DNA from: Mobula hypostoma
Taxonomy: Eukaryota
Reading direction: 5' to 3'
DNA: 64,000 nucleotides
Assembly (NCBI RefSeq): GCF_963921235.1
Contig: NC_086097.1
Coordinates: 66,404,001 to 66,468,000, forward strand
This document shows, one piece after another, positions 12,176 to 25,685 of this stretch. The first letter of the stretch is position 1. The number at the start of each line of letters is the position of its first letter. Below the pieces are notes generated by a model, which was given only the letters and a program-made list of their open reading frames with translations, was not told the DNA's origin and searched no databases. Position numbers and translations under genes: made by a program.

Positions 12176-14351
12176 TATAAGACCAGAAGACCATAGTGGG
12201 AGCTGAATTAGGCCATTTGGTCTATTGAGTCTTCTGCTACACCATTCCATCATGGCTGATCCACTTTTCCGCTCATCCCCAATCTGCCTTCTCCCTGTAT
12301 CCCTTCATTCCCTGACTAGTCAGGAATCTGTCAACCTCTGCCTTAAATATACGTAAAGATGGCCTCCACAGCTGCCTGTGGCAAAGATTTCCACTGATTC
12401 ACCACCATCTGGCTAAAGAAATTCCTCCTTATCTCCATTCTAAAAGGATACCCCTCTATTCTGAGACTGTGTCCTCTGGTCTTTGACTCCCCACCATAGA
12501 AAACATCCTCTCCACATCCACTCTATCAAGGCCTTTCACCATTGGATAGGTTTCAATGTGGTCACTCCTCATTCTTCTGAATTCCAGTGAATACAGACCC
12601 AGAGCCATCAGACACTCTTCATATAACAAACCACTCAATCCCAGAATCATTTTTGTGAACCTCCTTTGAATCCTCTCCAATTTCAGCACATCCTTTCTCA
12701 GATAAGGTGCCCAAACCTACTCACAAAACTCCAAGTGAGGCCTCACCAGTGCTTGATAAAGTCTCAGCATTACATCCTTGCTTTTATATTCTAGTCCTCT
12801 TGAAATGAATGCTAACATCAGATTTGCCTTCCTCACCACAAATTCAACCTGCAAATTAACCTTTAGGGAATCTTGCACAAGGGCTCCCAAGTCCCTTTGA
12901 ACCTCAGCATTTTTTTGTATTTTCTCTCCAGTTAGAAAATATTCAACCCCTTCATTTCTTCTACCAAAGTGCATGACCATATACTTCCTGACACTGTATT
13001 CCATTTGCTGTTTTTTTGCCCGTCCTTCTAATCTGTCTAAGTCCGTCTGTAGTCTCTCTACTTCTTCAAATTACCCTTCCACCTGTATTCATATCATCTG
13101 CAACCTTTGCAACAAAGCCATCAATTCCATCATCCAAATCATTGACAGGTAATGTAAAAAGAATTGGTCTCAACACAGATCCCTGTAAAACACCATTTGT
13201 CACCGGCAACCAGTCAGAAAAGTCTCCTTTTATTCCCACTCTTTAACCCGTCAAATCAGCCATTGCTTTATCCATGCTGTAATACCATGGGCTTGTAGTT
13301 TGTTAAGCAGCCTCATGTGTGGCACCCTGTTAAAGGTCTTCTAAAAATCCCAGTACACAACATCAACCAATTCTCCTTTCTCTATCCTGCTTGTTACTTC
13401 TTCAAAGAATTCCAACAGATTTGTCAGACAAGATTTTCCCTTGAGGAAACCATGCTGACTATAGCCTATTTTATCATGTACCTCCAAATACCCCAAAGCC
13501 ACATCCTTAATAATCAACTCCAACATCTCCCCAACTACTGAGGTCAGACTAACAGGCCTATAGTTTCCTATCTTCTGCCTCTCTCTTCTTGGAGAGTGGA
13601 ATGACATTTGCAATATAACAGTCTTCCAGAACCATTTCAGAATCTAGTGATTCTTGAAAGATCATTACTAATGTCTTCACGATATCTCAGCCATGTCTTT
13701 CAGAACCATTGAATGTACACCATTTGGTCCAGGTGACTTATCTACCTTCAGACCTTTCAGTTTCCCAAGCACCTTCTCTCTAGTTATAACTTCACACAGT
13801 TCATGCCCCCTGATAACTGGAACTTCCACCATGCTGCTAGTCTCTTCCACAGTAAAGACTAATGCAAAATACTTATTTAATTCATCCATTATTTCCTTGC
13901 CCCCCCCCCCATTACTAACTCTCCAGCATTGTTTTCCGGAGGTCTGATATTCATGTATCTGAAGAAACTTTTGGTATCTTCTTCAACGTTATTGGCTTGC
14001 TTACTTTTGTATTTCATCTTTACCTTTTTAATGTTTTTAATATCTTTCTGTTGGTTTTTAAAAGCTTTCGAATCCTCTAACTTCCTACTAATCTTTGCTC
14101 TATTATATGCCCTCTCTTTGGCTTTTATATTGGCTTTGACTTCCCTTGTAGCCATGGTTGTGTCACCTTTCCCTTCGAACCTTTCTTCCTCTTTGGGGTG
14201 CATATATCCTGTGACTTCCAGGTTGCTTCTAGAAATACCAGCCATTACAGCTCTGCTGTCATCCCTGCCAGTGTTCTTTTCCATTTAATTCTGGCCAACT
14301 CCTCTCTTATGCCTTTGTAATTCCATTTACTCCACTGTAATACTGATACAT
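12176..14351 (-). mobile_element. CR1 LINE, 3' half (ORF2 RT, frameshifted) of a near full-length copy
   Basis: ORF pieces NYRPVSLTSVVG, QHGFLKGKSCLTNLLEFFEEVT, LVRPHLE, IQRRFTKMI; 3' tail at 12176. Confidence 0.92.
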
Positions 14352-16488
14352 AGCAGGGATTTTCTACTGAGTCTTTGCGGGTGGACTTTAGGAACAGCAA
14401 GGGGCCAATAACTCTACTTGGTGTTTTTTATAGACCATCCAATAGTAACAGGGACATTGAGGAGCAGATAGGGAGACAGATTCTAGAAAGATGCAATAAT
14501 AACAGGGCTGAAATTTTAATTTCCCCAATATTGACTGGCATCTCCCTAGAGCAAAGGGTTTAGATGGGGGGGGGGCGAAGTTTGTTAGGTGCGTTCAGGG
14601 AGGTTTCTTGACACAATATGTAGATAAGCCTACAAGAGGAGAGGCTGTACTTGATTTGGTATTGGGAAATGACCTGGTCATGTGTCAGGTTTCTCAGTGG
14701 GAGAGCATTTTGGAGATAGTGATCACAATCCTATCTCCTTTACCTTAGCATTGGAGAGGGATAGGAACAGACAGGTTAGGAAAGCGTTTAATTGGAGTAA
14801 GGGGAAATATGAAGCTATCAGGCAGGAACTTGGAAGCATAAATTGGGAACAGATATTCTCTGGGAAATGTACGGCAGAAATGTGGCAAATGTTCAGGGGT
14901 ATTTGTGTGGTGTTCTGCATAGGTACGTTCCAATGAGACAGGGAAAGAATAGTAGGGTACAGGAACCATGGTGTACAAAGGTTGTTGAACATCCAATCAA
15001 GAAGAAAATGTTAAAAAAGGTTCAAAAAGCTAGGGAATGATAGAGATCTAGAAAATTGTAAGGCTAGCAGGACGGTGCCTAAGAATGAAATTAGGAGAGC
15101 CAGAAGGGGCCATGAGAAGGCCTTAGCGAGCGGGATTAAGGAAAACCCCAAGGCATTCTATAAGTATGTGAAGAGCAAGAGGATAAGATGTGAGAGAATA
15201 GGACCAATCAAGTGTGAGAGTGGAAAAGTGTGTATGGAACCAGAGGAGATGGCGGAGGTACTTAATGAATACTTTGCTTCAGTATTCACTACGGAAAAGA
15301 ACCTTGGCAATTGTAGGGATGACTTACAGCAGACTGAAAAGCTTGAGCATATAGACAATAAGAAAGAGGATGTGCTGGAGCTTTTGGAAAGCATCAAGTC
15401 GGATAAATCACCGGGATTGGATGAGGTTGTGGGAGGCGAGGGAAGAGATTGTTGAGCCTCTGGCAATGATCTTTGCATCATCAATCAGGACAGGAGAGGT
15501 TCCGGAGGACTGGAGGGTTGCAGACGTCGTTCCCTTATTCAAGAAAGGGAGTAGAGATAGCCCAGGAAATTATAGACCATTGAGTCTTCATTCAGTGGTT
15601 GGTAAGTTGATGGAGAAGTTGCTGAGAGGCAGGATTTATGAATATTTGGAGAAGCATAATATGATTAGGAATAGTCAGCATGGCTTTGTCAAAGGGAATT
15701 CGTGTTTTACAAGCCTGATTAAATTTTTTGAGGATGTGACTAAACGTATTGATGAAGGTAGAGCAGCAGATGTAGTGTGTATGGATTTCAGCAAGGCATT
15801 TGAAAAAGGTAAGGAAGCATGGGATCTGAGGGGACCTTGCTTTGTGGATCCAGAACTGGCTTGCCCACAGAAGGCAAAGAGTGGTTGTAGACAGGCCATA
15901 CTCTACATAGGGGTTGGTGACCAGTGGTGTGCCTCGGATCTGTTCTGGGACCCCTTCTCTTCCTGATTTTTATAAATGACCTGGATGAGGAAGTGAAGGG
16001 ATAGGTTAGTAAACTTGCTGATGACACAAAGGTTGGAGGTGTTGTGGATAGTGTGGAGGGCTGTCAGAGGTTACAGCGGGACATTGATAGGATGCAAAAC
16101 TGGACTGAGAAGTGGCAGATAGAGTTCAACTCAGATAAATGTGAGGTGGTTCATTTTGGTAGGTCAAATATGATGGCAGAATATAGTATTAATGGTAAGA
16201 CTCTTGGCAGTGTGCAGGATCAGAGGGATCTTGGGGTCCGTGTCCATAGGACACTCAAAGCTGCTGCGCAGGTTGACTCTGTGGTTAAGAAGGCATACGG
16301 TGCATTAGCCTTCATCAATCGTGGGTTTGCGTTTAGGAGCTAAGAGGTAATGTTGCAGCTATATAGGACCCTGGTCAGACCCCATTTGGAGCACTGAGGG
16401 TCTTTTAAGAGGCTCCTGGATAGGTACATGGAGCTTAGAAATTTAGAGGGCAATGGGTAACCCTAGGAAATTTTGAAAGTACGTACAT
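14352..16488 (+). mobile_element. Second CR1 family copy inserted in opposite orientation inside the CR1 above; internally deleted
   Basis: GVFYRPSNS, GDSDHN, NYRPLSL..VVGK, QHGFVKG, ADDTKVGG, KCEVVHFG motifs on the + strand. Confidence 0.9.
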
Positions 16489-16489
16489 A

Positions 16490-18150
16490 CTAGAAATTCC
16501 CTCTCCTGAAATTCAGCACCACCCTGATTTTCCCAATTGACCTGCATATTGAAATCTCCCCTGACTATTGTACTATTGCCCTTTTGGCGTGCATTTTCTA
16601 TCTCCCGTTGTAATTTGTGGGCCACATCTTTACTACTGTTTGGAGGTCTGTATACAATTCCCAGAAGGGTCTTTTTACCATTGCAGTTCCTTAGCTCTAT
16701 ACACAATGATTCAACACCTTCCAACAGTATGTCACCTCCTTCTAATAATTTGTTTTCATTTTTTTCCAACAAAGCTATGCTGGCCCCTCTGCCTTCCCCC
16801 TATCCTTTCAATGCAATATGTATGCTTGGACATTAATCTTTCGGGTATGATTCAGTGATGCCTACAACATCATACCTGCCAATCTGCAACTGCTGCAAGT
16901 TCATCTACCTTATTTTATATACTGTGCACATTTAGATACAACACCTACAGTCCTGCATTCACCCTTTTTGATTTTGTCACAACATGCTCAACCTTTTGGT
17001 TCCGAACTTTGTCTGAGTTACCAATATCTGCTTCTACAACCTCTCCACTAACTATTCTGGCACTCTGGTCCCCATCTCCCTGCAACTCTTGTTTAAACCC
17101 CACCATACAGCATTAACAAATCTTCCTGCTAGGGTATTAGTCCTCCTCCAGTTTAGGCACACACTTTCCCTTTTGTAGAGGTCCTACCTTCCCTGGAAAA
17201 GAGCCCAATGATCCAAAAATCTTATACCCTTCTTCCAACACCAACTCCTTGGCCACGTATTAAACTGTATAATCTTCCTAATTCTAACCTCACTAGCATG
17301 TGGCATAGGTAGCAATCCTGAGATCATAACCCTGGAGGTCCTATCTCTTAACTTAGCACGTAACTCCCTGAACTCCCCATGCAGAACCTCATCATTTGTC
17401 CTACCAATGTCATTGCTACCTACATGGACCATAACTTCTGGCTGTTCTCCCTCCCATTTTAGAGTGCTGAGGACACGATCCGAGATATCCTGGACCTTGG
17501 CACCCGGGAGGCAACATACCATCTGGGAATCTCGTTCTCGCCCACAGAACCTCCTGTCCTTTCCCCTAACTAATGAATCCCCTATCACCACAGCATGCCT
17601 CTTCTTCCCCCTACCCATTGGAGTCACAGAGGCAGATTCAGTGCCAGAGACTTGACACTGTGACTTACCTCTGTTAGGTTATCCTGCCCAACAGTATCCA
17701 AAGGGATATACCTGCTGTTGAGGGTACTCTGCACTGGCTCCTTAACTGCTTTCCCCTTCCTGACTGTCACCCAGTTTCCTGTGTCTTGCACCTTGAGTGT
17801 AACTACCTCTCTATATGTCCTCTCTATCACCCCTTCGGCCTACTGTATGATCCGGATATCATCCAATTCCAGCTCCAATTCCTTAATGCAGAGTGTTAGA
17901 AGCTGCAGCTGGATGCACTTCTCACAACTGTAGTGGTCAGGGATACTGGAGGTCTCCCTGCCTTCCCACGCCCCACAAGAGAAGCATTGCACTATCCTGC
18001 TTGTCATCTCTACTTAGCCCAGCAGATATAAAGAAAAGAAGGAAAAAACTTAAGCTTTACTTGGCTTTCTCTGAGTGAAGCCTCTCTTCACTGAAGCTTC
18101 GAAGAGCTAAAGCCTTAAGACCACCACTCTGACTATGTCTACGCAGACGA
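16490..18150 (-). mobile_element. CR1 LINE, 5' half of the same copy: ORF1 (Cys-rich N-terminus, SGNH esterase) and start of ORF2 endonuclease
   Basis: 17184-17627 has VIGDSLVRG, CCLPGAKV, VHVGSND (GDSL/SGNH blocks); 16443-16772 has GIVYRPPNS and GDFN APE motifs. Confidence 0.9.
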
Positions 18151-19065
18151 TGAAGTGGAGTCAGTTGTTGCTGGTTTTAAGGTCAGGAAATGAATGAAAT
18201 TTTGGTGAGTCTACTAGCAGCACAGTTTACAGATGATATCTCATCCCAGGGTTTCATGCAATCCTCAAAGTAAAGTTTTAATTCATTGTCATCAGAGATT
18301 TTTGAGAACAACAAGTCCAGAACTTGCAACTGGAGATGAGAAGAAACAGTTATCCAACAGTTAGGTTCTAGGTTCTGACAGGGGCTTATAATTTCAAGAT
18401 GTTTTTGGTTGAGGCAGTGTAAAATCACTTGGTGTTTTGACTGGCAATGAGAGATAAGCTGGAAGTTTGTGGGAGCATATAAAAAGCTAGCATGTTAATT
18501 CCCCTTCAGAAATTAATGTACGAAGTGTAGGTGAAGAATAGCAGAGGATACATAAGGTTTGCAGAGAAAAATCCATGCAACTTTTTGCCTTGCCAGTGTT
18601 ATATAATGCCTCCATCTATAGGGTGTAACCACTCACATGAAAACATGAACCATTAATTGCATGTGCTTACTGTATCCTCATTTCCAGAGAAGACAAACTG
18701 AATAAGTACAAATGTCACGTGATTTCAGAGATTTCTGTTTGACAGTTATATCACTCTGATTTCCAATTATAAGTCACTGGTAGCAATATTTAGATCACAG
18801 TTGGCAATTCTAACAATGATGGCATACCTGCTATTCTCTATTGAGCACTGCACATCAGAGCAGAACTCTAGATTCACGTAGTCAGCTATCTTACGAGCAG
18901 GCAATCACTAATTTGGAACAGAGTATTTTAAATTACAAGGTGTTGATGATTATTTTCTAGTGATGATAGAAAAGACAAAGACCACGCATAATAAATGTAC
19001 CTTTTATTCAGGTAGACTGAATTGCAGCTGGCAATGAGCAAAATTGTTTTTTCTGGAGTAACTGG

Positions 19066-22000
19066 AATAAGATCATAAGATATAGGAGCTGAATTAGGCT
19101 GTTTGGCCCATTGGGTCTGGTTCACCATTCAATCCTGGCTGATTTATCTTCCCTTTCAACCCCATTCTCATGCTTTCTCTCCTTAACCTTTGACCCCTGA
19201 GGAATCAAGAACCTGAGGAATCAAGAACCAAGAACAAGAACTCCACACTAAATATACCCAACCAATTAACTTCCACAGCTGTCTGTGGCTAACAGTTCCA
19301 CAGATTCACCACCCTCTAACTAAAGATAGCTCTCTTCATCTCTGTTCTAAAGTGATGTCCTTGCATTCCGGCCTGTGCCCTTTGTCCTAGACTTTCACAT
19401 TATTGGAAACATCCCTTCTATATCCACTCTAGCCAGGCCTTTCAGTATTTGGTAGGTTTCAATCAGATGTCTCTTCATTCTTTAAACTCCACTGAGTAAA
19501 GGCCCAGAACTATCAAACACACTTCTTATACATTAACCCTTTCATTCCTGAGATCATCCTCTGGCCCTCTCCAACACCAGCACATTCTTTCTTAGATATG
19601 GGCCCATTGGGCGCCACAGTAGCGTAGCAGTTTGCAGGACAGTATTACAGTTTTGGGTTGTTCCAGAGTTCAATTCCGGCACAGAAGTACAGCACAGAAA
19701 TAGGCCCATCTAGTCCATGGAGAACCATTTAAATTGCCTTCTCCCATCCACCTGCACCAGGACCGCAGCCATCCATATCCCTACCATCCATGTACCTATC
19801 CAAACTTCTCTTAAACTTTGAAATCGAGCTCACATACATAACTTACACTGATAGCACACTCCACACTCTCACGAACCTCTGAGTGAAGAAGTTTCTTCTC
19901 ATGTTCCCATTAAACTTTTCACTTTTCACCATTCACCCTTAGCCCATGACCTCTGGTTGTGCCCCACCAAACCTCAGTAGAAAAAGCCTGCTTTCACCTA
20001 CCCTATCTTACCCTCATAATTTTGTATATCTCTATCAAATCTCCTCTCAATCTACTATGTTCCAAGGAATAAATCCTAACCTATTTAATCTTTAGAAGAA
20101 TGAGAGGAAACTAGAACTAGGGGACATAGCCTCAAGATTTGGGGGAGTAGATTTAGGATGGAGATGAGGAGGAACTGCTTTTCCTAGAGAGTGGTGAATC
20201 TATGGAATTCTCTGCTCAATGAAGCAGTGGAGGCTACCTCAATAAATATATTTAAGACAAGGTTGGATATATTTTTGCATAGTAGGGAAATTAAATGTTA
20301 AGGCAGGTAGGTGGAGATGAGTCCATGGCCAGATCAGCCATGATCTTATTGAATGGCAGAGCAGGCTCGATGGGCCAGATGGCCTACTCCTGCTCTTATT
20401 TCTTATGTTCTTATGTTTCCTTATAATTCAGGTCATCCAGACCCAGCAACATACTTGTAAATTTTCTCTGTACTCTTACAGTCTTATTTACATTTTTCCT
20501 GTACGTTGGTGACAAAACTGAATGAAGGCCAATGTGCCAAAAGCTTGCTTTATGACCCTATCTGCCTGTGACGCCACTTTCAATGAATTATGGTCCTGTA
20601 TTCCCAGATCCCTTTGTTCTCCCACACTCCTCAGTGCCCTGCTGTCCACTGTGTAAGACGTACCCTGGTTGGTCCTATCAAAGGGCAACACCTTGCAGTC
20701 GTCTACAATAAATTCCATCTGCCAATTTTCAGCTCATTTTTCCAGCTGGTCCACATCTCGCTGAAGGCCATGATAGCCTTCCTTGCTGTCCACTACACTC
20801 CCAATCTTGGTATCATCTGCAGCTTTGCTGATTCATTTAATCACGCTATCATTCAGATTGTTGATATAGATGATGAATAACAATGGACCCATCACCAGTC
20901 CCTGCAGTAGTCTTCTAGTCACAGGCCTCCAGTCAGACAGGCAACTATCTACAACCCTTCTCTGGTTTCTCCAACAAAGCCAATATCTAATCCAATTTAC
21001 CATCTCATCTTGAATGCCAAGCAACTGAACCTTTTTGACTGACCTTGTAAAATGCCTTGCTAAAGTCCATGTAGACAATATCCATTGCCTTGCCTTCATC
21101 GCCTTTCCTGGTAACGTCCTTGAAAAAACTCTATAAGATTGATTAGACATGACCTCCCATGCATGAAGCCATACTGACTATCCACAGATATCTCCTAATC
21201 TGTGTGCCCCTTTGAACAGCAGTCCCCAACCACCGGGCCACAAAGCATGTGCTACCGGGCCGTGAGGAAATGATATGAGTCAGCTGCACCTTTCCTCATT
21301 CCCTGTCACTCACTGTTGAACTTGAACATAGGGTTGCCAACTGTTCCGTATTTGTCGGGACATCCAGTATATTGGGCTAAATTGGTTTGTCCCATATTTT
21401 CCGCGCTAAGGTAGAGCGTTCCTATGAAACCTTTCATGCCGAAATGGCGTAAAGCAAAGAAGCAATTACCATTAATTTATATGAGAAAATTTTTTGAGCA
21501 TTCCCAGACCCAAAAAATAACCTACCAAATCATACCAAATAACACATAAAACCTAAAATAATACTAACATATAGTAAAAGCAGGAATGATATGATAAATA
21601 CACAGCCTATATAAAGTAGAAATAATGTATGTACAGTATAGTCGGGAAGATGAAGGCAAAACCAATTTGTGGAAAAAGTGGGCACGTACGCACATGCACA
21701 CGTCACACATGCGCACACAGGTTCCCGCGCAAGGCTTCATAGTCATGGTAGTCTTTTTGGGGTAAAGTGTCCTGGGATTTGACTGCTACTTTTGTCCCTT
21801 ATTTGAGAGTGAGAAAGTTGGCAACCTTAACTGTAAAAGACATGTTGAGGTGAGTTTAACCCTACTTGAACACCACCACCCCACACCGGGTCGGCTGGTC
21901 CGCAAGAATTTTGTCAGTATTAAACTGGTCCACGGTGCAAAAAAGGTTGGGGACCCCTGCCCTTGAAGACTCCTTGCTTCCTCAACATTCTCTGCTCCTC

Positions 22001-22925
22001 CACCTACTGTATCTTTGTATCATCCACTAACTTGACCAAAAAGTAATCATCTCTGAAATCCAGATTATTAACATCTCATGTGAAAAGTAATGGACCCAAC
22101 ACCGACACACATGTGGAACACCACTAGTCACCAGCAGTGGTGACCAGAAGAGGCTCCCTTTATTCCCACTCTTTGCCTCCTGTCTATGCTAGTATCTTTC
22201 CTATAATACCATGGGCTCTGATCTTGCTTAGCAGCCTCATGTGTGGCACTTTGTAAACAATACCCATTGATTCTCCTTTGTCTAATCTACCTTTTATTTC
22301 CTGAAAGAATTCCAACAGACTTGTCTGGCAAGACTTCCCTTTAAGAAACCTTGCTACCTTCAGTCTTTTTTATGATGTGTCTCCAAATACCCTGAAACCT
22401 CATCCTTAATAATGGACAACTACTGCGGTCAGGCTTGTTGACTTTTCTGTCTTTTACCTCCCTCCATTCTTAAAGATTGGAGTGACTTTTGTTATTTTCA
22501 TGATCTCTGGAACCATTCCAGAATCCGGTGATTCTTGAAAGATCACTACTAATGCCTCCACAATCTCATCTACCTCTTTTAGAGTCTTGGCTGTAGTCCA
22601 TCTCATCCATGTGACTTACCTACTTATAGACCTTTCAGCTCCCAAGCACCTTTTTAATAATGGTGACTACACTCACTTTTGCTCTGACACCTGAATTTCT
22701 GGCACACTGCTGATATCTTCCACAGTGAAGACTGACGCAAATGATTTATTCATTTCAACCACCAATTCTTTGCCCCCCATTACTACATCTCTAGTGTCAT
22801 TTTCCATCGGTATGATATCCACTCTGCCTCTCTTTTACTCTTTATATATCTGAAAAAAACTTTTGGTGTCCTCTTTTATATTTTTGGCTAACTTACCTTT
22901 ATATTTCATCTTTTTGCTCCATATT
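19066..22925 (-). mobile_element. Nested CR1 complex: host CR1 (19066-19604 and ~21185-22925), SINE head (19608-19680), second CR1 family (~19681-21183), + strand CR1 3' end (~20094-20416)
   Basis: Three distinct CR1 3' tails; host sequences resume colinearly after each insert. Confidence 0.8.
21217..21959. mobile_element. hAT (Charlie-like) MITE
   Basis: TIRs CAGCAGTCCCCAACC / GGTTGGGGACCCCTG; 8-bp TSD cctttgaa (21209-21216) / cccttgaa (21960-21967), 7 of 8 identical. Confidence 0.88.
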
Positions 22926-23224
22926 GATTGAAGGACCTGTCATAGAGTCAAGTTTGCAAGAAGTAGGTCGACATTTCAAGGGTATCCATACTTAGCTTTT
23001 GGGAGCTGTCCCCGTGTGACCAGAGACTTTGTGTGCTGGTTTGGATTGATCAGGAACATTGCAAAGTTAATGAAGTCTTGATACATGAAGTCTTGAGCCT
23101 CAGAGCTGTGTATTTTGTGATTAAATTTTTGTGAAGAATAAAAATAGCTCTTTTTGTTCATCAAAATTTCAAAGAAACTAATAGAACTGATGATATATTT
23201 TATGACTGAATGTGTTTGTGACAG

Positions 23225-23307
23225 GTACATAATCTGAGAAATGCTTTGAAAGATATAACATGCGCCATCCACCTTCAACCTCAAACACAGAAACTGTACC
23301 TCTTAAG
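23225..23307 (+). CDS. TTC6: TTC6 internal exon: VHNLRNALKDITCAIHLQPQTQKLYLL(R)
   Basis: tgtgacag| acceptor, AAG|gtgaga donor; 83 nt, phase 0 in / 2 out; AIHLQP motif as recalled for TTC6. Confidence 0.88.
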
Positions 23308-23353
23308 GTGAGAGTAAAAGATTACTTTTTTAACCTTTTCATAGATCTGAAAC

Positions 23354-24402
23354 AGAATCAGAATCAGGTCTATTATCACCGGCATGTGATGGGAAATTTG
23401 TTAACTTAGCAGCAGCAGTTCAATGCAATACATAATCTAGCAGAGAGAGAGAGAGAAAAAAATAATAAATAAAATAAGACAATAATAAATAAACAAGTAA
23501 ATCAATTACATATATTGAATAGATTTTTAAATATGTGTGAAAACAGAAATACTGTATATTAAAAAAAGGGAGGTAGTGTCCAAAGCTTCAATGTCCATTT
23601 AGGAATCGGATGGCAGAGGGGAAGAAGCTGTTCCTGAATCGTTGAGTGTGTGCCTTCAGACTTCTGTATCTCCTGTCTGATGGTAACAGTGAGAAAAGGG
23701 CATGCCCTGGGTGCTGGAGGTCCTTAATAATGGACATTGCTTTTCTAAGACACCACTCCCTAAAGAGGTCCCTGGGTATTTTGTAGGCTAGTACCCAAGA
23801 TGGAGCTGACTAGATTTACAACCTTCTTCAGCTTCTTTCAGTCCTGTGCAGTAGCCCCTCCATACCAGACAGTGATGCAGCCTGTCAGAATGCTCTCCAC
23901 GGTACAACTATAGAAGTTTTTGAGTGTGTTTGTTGACATGCCAAATCTCTTCAAACTCTTAATAAAGTATAGCCGCTGTCTTGCCTTCTTTATGACTACA
24001 TCAATATGTTGGGATAAGTTAGATCCTCAGAGATCTTGACACCGATGAACTTGAAGCTGCTCACTCTCACCACTTCTGATCCCTTCGTCTTACCCTTCCT
24101 GAAGTCCATAATCAGCTTTATCGTCTTACTGACGTTGAGTGCTATGTTGTTGCTGCGGCACCATTCCACTAGTTGGCATATCTCACTCCTCTTGCATTGA
24201 GATTCTACCAACAATGGTTGTATCATCAGCAAATTTGTAGATGGTATTTGAGCTATGCCTAGCCACACAGTCATGTGTCTACAGAGAGTAGAGCAGCGGG
24301 CTAAGCACACGAGGTGCACCAGTGTTGATCATCAGCAAGGAGGATGTTATCACCAATTCACACAGACTGTGGTCTTCCAGTTAAGAAGCTGAGGATCCAG
24401 TC
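23354..24402 (-). mobile_element. Rex1/Babar LINE 3' portion
   Basis: (cagaat)n tail complement at 23354; RT C-terminal motifs (LVEWC..NN.ALNVSKT.KLIMDFRK, FKFIGVKISEDL). Confidence 0.85.
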
Positions 24403-24716
24403 GATCATGCACTCATAACAATAGCAATAAGCAAAAAAAAATCAAATTTAGATGATCACTATGTTCTCAGTTTTTGCTATGGGACAATACAATTGACTGG
24501 ATAAAAATCGAACTGGGGAAGCCATGGCACTTGGCTTCTGAGAGCTGGGCTCCAATATCTAATTCTGAAGTGACAACTTCTCAGAACTATGTATGGCATC
24601 TCATGATATAACATTCTGTTAATTTTCTTTCTCAAAAAGTCAGGTGGAAGTCATTTAGTCACCAATTGTGGGCCAATTAAAACTTGAGCGTATAAGGAGG
24701 TATATTAAAGGAGAGT

Positions 24717-25685
24717 AAAGTTCAAAGTAAATTTATTATCAAAGTACATGTATGTCCCATATACAAGCCTGAGATTCATTTTCTTGTGGGCATGCTCAAT
24801 AAATTGATAATAGAATAATAACCATAATAAAATTAATCAAATACCCCACCAACTTGGGTATTCAATGAGTGTGCAAAAGACAACAAACTGCAAATACATA
24901 AAGAAAGAAATAAGAAGAAATAAATAAGCATTAAATATCAAGAACATAAGATGAAAAGTCCTTGAAAGTGAGTCTACTTGTTGTGGAAACATTTAAATGA
25001 TGGGGCAAGTGACATTGAGTGAAGTTATCCCCTTTGCTTCAAGAGCCTGACGGTTGACAAGCAATAACTGTTCCTGAACTTGGTGGTTTGATTCTTGAGA
25101 CTCCTGTACCTTCTTCCTATTGGCAGCAGCAAGAAGAGATCAAGTTTTTGTAGGATTTTCTATGCAAGGTTATTGGTGTTTCCATACCGGGCAGTCAATA
25201 TACTCTTCACCACAGATCTATCGGAGTTTATCAGAGTTTTAGATGTTATGCCGAATCTTTGGAAACTCCTACAGGAGTGAAGGTGCTGCTGTGGTTTCTT
25301 CATAATTGCACTTCTGTGCTGGGTCCAGGACAGGTCCTCTGAAGTAAAAACACCGAGGAATTTAGAGTTGCTGACCCTCTCCACCTTTGATGTTCGATGA
25401 TGACAGGCTCATGGACCACTGGTTTCCTCCTCCAGAATTCAATAATCAGCTCCTTGATCTTGCTGACATTGAATAAGAGGTTGTTGTTATGGCACCGCCT
25501 AGCCAGATTTCCATTCTTCCTACTATTTAGGCTGGTTCGTCACCACCTTTGATTCAGCCTACGATAACGGTGTTGTGACAAACTTGAATATGGCTTTGGA
25601 GCTGTGATTAGCCACACAGTCATAAGTATAAAACAAGTAGAGCAAGGGGCTAAGCACACAGCCTTGTTGTGCAACTGTGCTCAAC
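24717..25685 (-). mobile_element. Rex1/Babar LINE 3' portion (second subfamily)
   Basis: aaagttcaaagt tail; QGCVLSPLLY.FYTYDC, KFLGVFTSEDLSW motifs. Confidence 0.85.

Noticed and set aside
19195..19241. Local tandem duplication cctgaggaatcaagaa x2 plus caagaa repeats
   Set aside because: Ordinary slippage inside a dead CR1 3' end.
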